IMG/VR virus record: IMGVR_UViG_3300019458_000191
Coordinates: 25,914 to 89,913 of that record
DNA: 64,000 nucleotides
Reading direction: 5' to 3' (one strand)
Source of the DNA: a virus
This document shows positions 56,368 through 64,000 of the stretch, one piece after another. Both the position numbers and the translations under genes were made by a program. The notes under the pieces are model-generated. The model did no database searches and was not told where the DNA came from. It saw only the letters and a list, made by a program, of their open reading frames with translations. Numbering within the stretch: the first letter of the stretch is position 1; each line of letters opens with the position of its first letter.

Positions 56368-57496
56368 TAGGTTCGTAAAAGAAAACTACTTCCTTCCAAA
56401 GCCTCTAATTTTAGTAAACAATCGTTCCATCATTGAATGGACAATGGATTGTGTTGACCATTCAAACTGTAATATCATCTTTATAGTCCGTAGAGAACAT
56501 ATTGTAGATTTTAACATCGATGGATATCTCCGAGCGAAATTTGGAAATGATATAACAATAATCGAAGTGGATAAAACGACTGAGGGCGCAGTATGTTCGT
56601 GCCTATTAGCCGAATCACATATTGATAACGACCTTCCTCTAATTATCCATTGTTCGGATATTTATTTTGAACCAAAATTTGACCCGGCTTCATTGGACGG
56701 TCTTCTCATGGATGGTGTAATATTGACTTTCAAATCCAATAGCAAAAATTACAGTTATGTAGAACTAAATGAAGAATCGGTCGTTACTAAAACAGCCGAA
56801 AAACAGGTTATTAGTCCAAATGCAGCCGTTGGTATCTATTGGTATAAACGAGGAAGTGATTTTGTCAAGTATGCAAAGAATATGATTCAGAGAAACATCC
56901 GAACGAATAATGAATTTTTCATTTGTCCGCTTTACAATATATTCATAGAAAATGGACATAAGATTCTTACAAAGCCGGTAGAAAAAATGCATGTATTTGG
57001 AACACCCGAAGAACTTAGATTCTTTGTAAATAACAGTCTTCGAACATGGCCTGATAGAAAACATACTGTTGCTTTGTGTAGTGACCATTCAGGATTTGAA
57101 ACGAAGGAAGAATTCAAAAAGATTTTGACTTTTCATGGAATATCGTATGTTGATTTTGGTGTTCATGATAAAACTATAGATAGAGATTATTATGAATATG
57201 TTCATGCAGCCGCAGATGCGGTCACGAATGGTCAATGTAATTTTGGCTTTGGATTTTGTCGAAGTGGGCAAGGTGTAAATATAACTGCAAATAAGATGAA
57301 AGGTATTCGTTCTGCTTGGGTGAACGATGGTTATTTGGCAGAAATGGCAATAAGACACAATTGTTGTAACTTTTTTTCGTTACCTGCAAAATACAATACA
57401 GCCGATACTTTCCGAGACATAGCTCTGGCATGGAAAAACTCTACGTTTGATGGTGGAAGACATCAGCAGAGAGTTTATAAAATAGAAACATTATAA
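56321..57496 (+). CDS. Sugar nucleotidyltransferase fused to RpiB-type isomerase
   Basis: IP.AG.GSRF......PKPLI, T.GA and GTPEEL; SDH.G, C.SGQG....NK..GIR, HN and F.GGRH..R. Confidence 0.88.
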   Translation: MKKKYNLLIPIAGLGSRFVKENYFLPKPLILVNNRSIIEWTMDCVDHSNCNIIFIVRREHIVDFNIDGYLRAKFGNDITIIEVDKTTEGAVCSCLLAESHIDNDLPLIIHCSDIYFEPKFDPASLDGLLMDGVILTFKSNSKNYSYVELNEESVVTKTAEKQVISPNAAVGIYWYKRGSDFVKYAKNMIQRNIRTNNEFFICPLYNIFIENGHKILTKPVEKMHVFGTPEELRFFVNNSLRTWPDRKHTVALCSDHSGFETKEEFKKILTFHGISYVDFGVHDKTIDRDYYEYVHAAADAVTNGQCNFGFGFCRSGQGVNITANKMKGIRSAWVNDGYLAEMAIRHNCCNFFSLPAKYNTADTFRDIALAWKNSTFDGGRHQQRVYKIETL

Positions 57497-57501
57497 TACT
57501 A

Positions 57502-58416
57502 ATGTCTATAAAAATAACAACTAAAAAATTTGTAGGTCGTTCTACAAAAATACATAAAGGAAAGTATAATTACACCCACGTAAAATATGAAGGATGTTTT
57601 AAAAAAGTTTGTATTAAATGTCCAGAACATGGAAATTTTTTTCAGTTAGCATCAACCCATTTACAAGGAAGTGGATGTCCAAAATGTAAACACAACACTC
57701 AATGGGGTTCTGACAAATGCAGAGCAGAAAAATTCTTTATTAAAGTTAAAAAAATACACAATGGTATATACGATTACAAAAAATCAAAATATAAAAATAT
57801 ATATTCTAAAATAGAGATAGTGTGTCCTACACATGGTTCTTTTTGGCAAAGACCATATAATCATTTAAAAAATAAATGTACATACTGTGCAAAGAATTTC
57901 AAATTAAATAGAAGGAATTTTATTCTTAAATCTAATGAAATACACAAAAATAAATACAATTACTCTTTAATTGATTATAAGAACATAAGAACAAAAGTTT
58001 GTATTAAATGTCCAGAACATGGAAATTTTTTTCAATTTCCTGATTCTCATTTGAGAGGAAAAGGATGTCCAAAATGCTCATACACCATATCGAAACCAGA
58101 AACCAAATTTCTTGATTATTTAAAAATAAAAAATAGAAATGTTTACGTAAAACCATTCAAAGTGGATGGAATCAATTACAAAACAAATACTATTTATGAA
58201 TTTCTAGGAGATTACTGGCATGGGAATCCAGAAAAATATAAAGCAAAAAATATAAATCACCATAATAAAAAATCGTTTGGAAAATTGTATAAAGATACTT
58301 TAAAAAAATTTGATAGATTAAAAAACATGGGTTACAATATAAAATATATTTGGGAAAATGATTGGAAAAAATTTAAAAAATTTCCCAACAAAAAATTAAA
58401 AATATATGATTTTTGA
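57502..58416 (+). mobile_element. Free-standing endonuclease with three Zn-ribbon repeats and a Vsr-like C-terminus
   Basis: Three repeats of H..KY.Y...Y......I.CP.HG.F.Q...HL...CP.C; VDG......YEF.GDYWHG. Confidence 0.82.
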
Positions 58417-59131
58417 AAATGTAATTACATACTTGCATCAATGGCCTGATTTCAAAATCAATATCATAGATGTTGGTTGTCACAAAGCAGGATTTCTACA
58501 CGGATTTAAACGTAAATTAACAAAGGATAGTTTTTGGGTAGGTATTGATGCGTGTGATTATGGTATCGGCGGACAATACGATGTATTCGTAAATAAAGCC
58601 GTTGATAATGTAGCAAAAGACGAAATTCGACAATTTAATGAGTATGTAGAATCAGGATGCAATTCTCTTCTTCCTATGAATATGGAAATTCTAACGGGAG
58701 ATAATTCCGAATACGAAAAGAAATGGTATATTGGAAAAACAGCCGAACAATTATCCGTGGTGAAAGAACAAAAGACTGTAACAAGAGACGTAAATGTATC
58801 TTCATTACATTCGATTCTATCTTTCATGCCACGGTTTACAAATGAAATGATTCACTTTATAAAAATCGACACTCAAGGAAATGATATTAATGTTGTTAAG
58901 AGCATGAAAGAATTCAGAGATAAAACATTATTCATTCAAATGGAGTGTGTTTCCAGTCACAATAAGAATATAGTTTTATATAAAGGACAACAAATCATGG
59001 AAGATGATATAAAAGATATGGAAGAAATGGGATTCATGGTTTATGATTTTGTAGATTATGGAGCCAATAGAACAGCTGGACCAGAAGCCGATGTTGTATT
59101 CTATAACAAAAAATTAGTGGAGATGGAATGA
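58406..59131 (+). CDS. FkbM-family methyltransferase
   Basis: Motifs IIDVGC..., KIDTQG.D and IQME. Confidence 0.85.
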   Translation: MIFENVITYLHQWPDFKINIIDVGCHKAGFLHGFKRKLTKDSFWVGIDACDYGIGGQYDVFVNKAVDNVAKDEIRQFNEYVESGCNSLLPMNMEILTGDNSEYEKKWYIGKTAEQLSVVKEQKTVTRDVNVSSLHSILSFMPRFTNEMIHFIKIDTQGNDINVVKSMKEFRDKTLFIQMECVSSHNKNIVLYKGQQIMEDDIKDMEEMGFMVYDFVDYGANRTAGPEADVVFYNKKLVEME

Positions 59132-59451
59132 AAATAACAGAAGGAAAAAAATTCAAAAATGGCTGGTACATTGGGGCATTTGAACCATCAATTTTGAATA
59201 CCAAGGATTTTGAGGTATCACATCAATTTCATAAAAAAGGATTTGTATCCACACCCCACTATCATAAAATTTCTAATGAATATAATTATATTGTTAATGG
59301 TTCGGTTTTAGTTAATCATCAACATCATTTAAAAAGAGGGGATACGTTCATTTACGAACCAAACGAAATTTCGGATGTAGAATTCTTAGAAGACACAGAT
59401 ATGATAGTGGTTCGAGTTCCTTCTGCACCCGGAGATAAATACGAAGTATGA
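59128..59451 (+). CDS. Cupin domain protein
   Basis: Motifs GW.IG.F.P, H.H....E...I..G and PS..GDKY. Confidence 0.8.
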   Translation: MKITEGKKFKNGWYIGAFEPSILNTKDFEVSHQFHKKGFVSTPHYHKISNEYNYIVNGSVLVNHQHHLKRGDTFIYEPNEISDVEFLEDTDMIVVRVPSAPGDKYEV

Positions 59452-60185
59452 GAGTTGCATTATGTTTGTCAGGACAACCAAGATTTGTAGAAAAGGCATA
59501 CCCTTATATCTACAATCATCTTATTGTCCCTAATTGTGCGGATGTTTTCTTTCATACATGGTTCTCAAAAGATGATGTAAATAAAGCATATCGAAATGAT
59601 ACCGGTTGGACAAATCATCCAAACAATAAAATTCCAGAAAATACTGAAGAGATTCTTTTAGGTCTTTACAAACCAAAATCTCACTTGTTTGAGAAACAAA
59701 GAACCTTCAAAAATAAGTCATGGAACGTAGATAAAACGATTCAAAAATTTTGTAGTCATCTTGAAAGAGATTACTTTGTAAATATGATGCATTGTATGTG
59801 GTATAGCATACACAAATCCAATGCTGTCAAAGAGATTTATAGATATGAACAGGACATAGTTTACGATTATGTTATACGATGTAGATTCGACGCCATCGTG
59901 CCACGTCCGTTATTATGTTCTGAATTAGACCCTAATATTCTTCATTTGAGTCATGACAGACAACAACCAAATATGTTAGATGATTGGTTCGCTGTGTCTT
60001 CGACAAAAAATATGAACGTATATACAGATTGTTACAATTTAATGGATGCGGCGTATGAAATAGGAATGAAACGAGATGGATTGGTATGTAATGAAATTTT
60101 AATACATGATGTGGTTAAACAATTCAACATACCTACAACAATAATACCGAATTTTAAAATTGAATTCGTAAGACCTTGGACATAA
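59448..60185 (+). CDS. Putative glycosyltransferase
   Basis: Motifs ALCLSGQPR, DVF.HTW, M.YS, YD.VIR.RFD and D.FA. Confidence 0.75.
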   Translation: MRVALCLSGQPRFVEKAYPYIYNHLIVPNCADVFFHTWFSKDDVNKAYRNDTGWTNHPNNKIPENTEEILLGLYKPKSHLFEKQRTFKNKSWNVDKTIQKFCSHLERDYFVNMMHCMWYSIHKSNAVKEIYRYEQDIVYDYVIRCRFDAIVPRPLLCSELDPNILHLSHDRQQPNMLDDWFAVSSTKNMNVYTDCYNLMDAAYEIGMKRDGLVCNEILIHDVVKQFNIPTTIIPNFKIEFVRPWT

Positions 60186-60186
60186 T

Positions 60187-60747
60187 ATGATAAAATTAGC
60201 AATTCTTGATATCGACGGTGTTCTTACTGATGGAACAAAAGTAGTCAACGTGGATGGACAATCCATCGAAAAACAATTCAATGACAAGGATTTTGTTGCT
60301 ATAAAGAAACTTCAAGCATCAGGCGTATCGGTGTGTTTTTTAAGTGGAGACAAAAACGTTAATGAAGCCGTAGCAAAAAAGAGAAGCATCGATTTCTATT
60401 TTGCACATACCGGTGCAGGTCACATGAGTAAAAAGGATTTCTTACCAATGTTGCTAAATAAATATAAAGCCACAAAGGATGAAACCGTTTACATAGGAGA
60501 TGATTATATAGATGTTGAGATAATGAAAGAATTGACACACACCTATTGTCCTATGGATGCAACAGAAGAAACAAAAGAAGCAGCAAATACTATGTTATTG
60601 AGACGTGGTGGTGAAGGAGTAATATCAGATTTATATCATGATTTAGTTAATGAAAACTTAATAAATCCTTGCACATTCCAACAATTTCTTGAAGTAGATA
60701 GAATCGAAAAAGAAAAAAGAGAAAGACTCGTCAGAAATATGTTATGA
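60187..60747 (+). CDS. KdsC-like HAD phosphatase, copy 2
   Basis: Motifs LDIDGVLTDG, FNDKDF, YIGDD..D and GGEGVI. Confidence 0.88.
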   Translation: MIKLAILDIDGVLTDGTKVVNVDGQSIEKQFNDKDFVAIKKLQASGVSVCFLSGDKNVNEAVAKKRSIDFYFAHTGAGHMSKKDFLPMLLNKYKATKDETVYIGDDYIDVEIMKELTHTYCPMDATEETKEAANTMLLRRGGEGVISDLYHDLVNENLINPCTFQQFLEVDRIEKEKRERLVRNML

Positions 60748-61394
60748 TAATTACTAATGTATCGCGTTTGGGAGATTTTCTTCTAACTCTTCCTGTTGCT
60801 TCTTGGATTCACAAAAATCAAGGAGAAAAGATACATTTTGTCTTGAGCGATAATTTTCCTCTATATAAAAAGATAGAACCTCTATTGCGTCTTCAACCAT
60901 TCACCGAAAATGTTTCTTATGTAAATGTTGGAACCAATGCTTTCGACCCCTCTCATTGGTGCTTTAATCCTCAACAATTTTGTATCGAAGGTAACTATCT
61001 AAACATGGGATTTTGGGAATATCCTGGAAAATATTTACCACAATTTTATGCCGAAAGATATGGATTAGGAGTAGATAATGATTTTGTTATTACTGTTGGA
61101 AACAATGATGTCGAAAAGACGGAACCATATTCTGTGTGGATAGAATCGTCTCCATATCGTGAAGAGTATGGAAAATTAAAATCGATAGTTCCTTATGATT
61201 GTATCGAACTTAAATCAGATTTCATAAGTGACGCGGTGTATGCTAAAAATGCTGATACGGTGTATTCCACAATGGGTGGATTCATGATTATTTTGGATTT
61301 AATGAATGTTCATTGTAAGGTATATGCTCCAATGAATTTATTAGAAACAAAATATCTTTACTATCGTAATAATCACGAGTATTTTTGTTTATGA
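60744..61394 (+). CDS. GT9 (heptosyltransferase)-like protein
   Basis: N-terminal RLGDFLLTLP motif. Confidence 0.6.
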   Translation: MIITNVSRLGDFLLTLPVASWIHKNQGEKIHFVLSDNFPLYKKIEPLLRLQPFTENVSYVNVGTNAFDPSHWCFNPQQFCIEGNYLNMGFWEYPGKYLPQFYAERYGLGVDNDFVITVGNNDVEKTEPYSVWIESSPYREEYGKLKSIVPYDCIELKSDFISDAVYAKNADTVYSTMGGFMIILDLMNVHCKVYAPMNLLETKYLYYRNNHEYFCL

Positions 61395-62182
61395 AAATAT
61401 TAGTTTGTATTCCTAATTACGGAACGGGAAATAGAGAACACTTAAAAAGAACTCTATTGGAATACTCTACATATAAAAATTATGAGTTGGAAATTCATCT
61501 TCTTTTAACTGATGAAATAGACGTTTCCGAGTTCACTACTCTTAAAATCATAAAACACTTTTATCCTAAAGACATCGGACATTTCTTGACTCACACTCAC
61601 AAACAGATTTTTACCCAAAACATAGAATTGTTTGATTACTTTTTATACATTGAAGATGATATTCTGTTGAGAGAGGTTTCCGTAGATTTGTTTATGGAAG
61701 AATCTAAAATTCTTCCTCCAAATTTTGTTTGTGGATTTCTTCGATTTGAATATAAAAAGGATGAAGATTATTGTTATTTGATAGACTGTCATCCAGAACA
61801 TTCTGTTCATAGAAATGGTAAAGGCATCATTAGAAACAATTATAACATTGTTGGTAATGACTATTTGGAATTACACAACGTTCATCAGGGGTGTTATCTT
61901 CTTTCTAAGGTTCAATTGCTGTTTGTAATTAAAAGTGGATGGTATTTTCATGACCATAGACACGGAGGATACGCTGGTATATTGGAATCTGCTGCATCGG
62001 ACGTTTATTTTAGGTGTGGAATAATAAAAGTCACACCAAGAAATAAAATAAATGAACTAATCATTCATCACTTGCCGAATAAATATGTAAATATGTTGCC
62101 GAATGTATATCGTGATGATATAGTTCCCGATGCCAATAAATTAAAGGTTATAGAAAATGAATCCAATCGTATTATATTGTAA
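61391..62182 (+). CDS. Putative GT-A glycosyltransferase
   Basis: Motifs FDYFLYIEDDI, GFLRFE and IHHLPNKY. Confidence 0.7.
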   Translation: MKILVCIPNYGTGNREHLKRTLLEYSTYKNYELEIHLLLTDEIDVSEFTTLKIIKHFYPKDIGHFLTHTHKQIFTQNIELFDYFLYIEDDILLREVSVDLFMEESKILPPNFVCGFLRFEYKKDEDYCYLIDCHPEHSVHRNGKGIIRNNYNIVGNDYLELHNVHQGCYLLSKVQLLFVIKSGWYFHDHRHGGYAGILESAASDVYFRCGIIKVTPRNKINELIIHHLPNKYVNMLPNVYRDDIVPDANKLKVIENESNRIIL

Positions 62183-62963
62183 ATCCTATTGTAATGACGT
62201 TCAGAGAGTCAAAATACTTCTTGATTCTGTAGAAAAACACAACAAGGATGGCATTCCATTTTACATCTCCGTTCCTTCTACGGATATTACTATGTTTAAA
62301 ATGGTTTTAGGAGAACGGTCAACTTATACTCTCATCACCGACGAAGAAATTTTAGGAAACAACCTTGAACAATCATGGGTGAACCAACAAATTGTTAAGG
62401 TGTCCTTCTGGAAGTTGAAGAACTGTTTCAACTATCTAGTTTTAGATTCGGATAGTTATTTCATTCGTGACTTCTTCATCAAAGATTTCATTTATGACGG
62501 TGTAATTCCTTATACTGTAATTCATCAACAAAAAAATTTATTTGAATGGACGTGTAAAAATAAGAATATATTGGGATTTGACCCATCTATTTCATTTGGC
62601 GAATGTAGATATCCCATTATGGAATTATTTGGTAGGAAAGGAAAAATATATGATTTTGGTCCATGTCCGTTCATAAGCTCATGTTTAGTATGGGAATCTT
62701 TGGAAGAAAATTATATAAAACCAAATAATTTAAAAATTGAAGATTTAATACGGTTAATTTCTTCAGAATTTTCTTGGTATGGAGAAACTCTTTTAACATG
62801 GAAACCTATAGAACTACACCCTATAGAACCTCTGTTTAAAGTTATGCATTACTTGGATCAATACCAAGAATATAAACGATTAGGATATACAGAAAAACAT
62901 TGGTCAGAAAATTATTTAGGAATAGTTTGTCAAAGTTCTAGTGGGCTTCCGTTAAAATATTAA
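62157..62963 (+). CDS. DUF6492-like putative glycosyltransferase
   Basis: Motifs KSY..D..R...L..S, W..QQIVK, LDSD and EF.WYG. Confidence 0.72.
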   Translation: MNPIVLYCKSYCNDVQRVKILLDSVEKHNKDGIPFYISVPSTDITMFKMVLGERSTYTLITDEEILGNNLEQSWVNQQIVKVSFWKLKNCFNYLVLDSDSYFIRDFFIKDFIYDGVIPYTVIHQQKNLFEWTCKNKNILGFDPSISFGECRYPIMELFGRKGKIYDFGPCPFISSCLVWESLEENYIKPNNLKIEDLIRLISSEFSWYGETLLTWKPIELHPIEPLFKVMHYLDQYQEYKRLGYTEKHWSENYLGIVCQSSSGLPLKY

Positions 62964-62965
62964 TT

Positions 62966-64000
62966 ATGAATGATTTGACCATAAGAAAAAATCATTTTTT
63001 AAATAATTCCAATAAAATTCATAAAAATAAATATGATTATTTAAAATCCAATTATATTAATAATTCCACAAAAATAGAAATAATTTGTCCTTTTCATGGT
63101 TCTTTTTTTCAAGTTCCGTATAACCATTTATTAGGAAGGGGATGCAATAAATGTGCTATAGAAAATAAAAAACAACAAAACACAAAAACAACAAAACAAT
63201 TTATAATTGATGCTAGGAATATACACGGAAATAAATATGATTATTCTCTTGTAGAATATAAAAGATGGAACATTTTTGTTAAAATTATATGTAAAAAGGG
63301 CCATTGTTTTTTTCAAACTCCAAATAGTCATCTCAATGGAAACGGATGTTCTATTTGTTCAGGGAATATAAAGTCAAATACAGAAGAATTTATTAAAAAG
63401 GCCAAAAAAATTCACGGTAACAAGTATGGTTATCAATTTATATGTTATAAAAATAATAGAAAAAAATTAAAAATTGTTTGTTTCAAACACGGAATTTTTT
63501 ATCAATCCGCTCACGATCATCTCAGAGGTAATGGGTGCATAAAGTGTGGTATAAATATCATAATTAATAAATTGTCTTTATCTAGAAAAGAATTTATTAA
63601 TAAATCCAGAAAGATACATGGAAACAAATATGATTACACCAAAGTAAATTATATCAACTATTCTAGTAATATTGAAATAATTTGTAAAAACCACGGCTCT
63701 TTTTTTCAAACCCCCAATAATCACTTACAAGGAAAAGGATGTATAAAGTGTACATGGTTGATATCTAAGCCCGAAAAAGAATTTTTAAATTTACTAAATA
63801 TTCCTCTACGCAATATTCGTTTAAAAGAATGGAGGTCTAAATCGGTAGATGGTTACGACCCAAAAACAAATACTGTCTATGAATTTCTAGGAGATTACTG
63901 GCATGGAAATCCGAATATATTTTCACCAAATAAAATTAATAAAGACACTAAAAAATCATTCGGAGAATTATACAGAGATACTATATTAAAACTTGAAAAA
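62966..64000 (+). mobile_element. Free-standing endonuclease with four Zn-ribbon repeats, 3'-truncated by the window end (not in the ORF track)
   Basis: The frame from ATG 62966 stays open to the end: MNDLT...IICPFHGSFFQ...HL.G.GC..C four times, then VDGYDPKTNTVYEFLGDYWHGNP. Confidence 0.82.

Noticed and set aside
1-64000. tRNA, rRNA or CRISPR array
   Set aside because: Intergenic gaps are short; I saw no cloverleaf with a T-loop and no regularly spaced repeats.
1-64000. Stop-codon reassignment
   Set aside because: Conserved genes are full length in code 11, and TAA, TAG and TGA all terminate genes.

Overview
This is an AT-rich, gene-dense fragment of a large T4-related (probably jumbo) myovirus genome, read in genetic code 11. 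It has three transcription blocks. (1) + strand, 1-19.6 kb: early and metabolic genes (DHFR, ThyA, DNA ligase, exonuclease, rIIA/rIIB, RNA-repair-type proteins, ClpP, HNH). (2) - strand, 19.8-44.6 kb: replication module (family B polymerase, Mom-like DNA modifier, macrodomain, sliding clamp, clamp loader), nucleotide hydrolases, an SF2 helicase, a block of probable late/virion proteins, and gmd. (3) + strand, 44.7-64 kb: a RecB/Cas4-like nuclease, dUTPase and a glycan-biosynthesis island of more than 17 kb, interrupted by free-standing endonucleases. No tRNA, rRNA or CRISPR array was seen. The most notable observations are: (a) an adjacent pair of miniature structural-protein fragments, a gp23 capsid-like peptide broken by a homopolymer frameshift and a Tat-signal-fused tail-sheath C-terminal domain; (b) clamp-binding-like C-terminal tails on the polymerase, the Mom-like enzyme and the DarG-like macrodomain; (c) a recurring TATTTATA-type element 3-5 nt before start codons, often inside a hairpin that sequesters the ATG or RBS; (d) a DHFR fused to an Rmf-like domain. 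All family assignments come from recognising motifs by eye; no searches were run.
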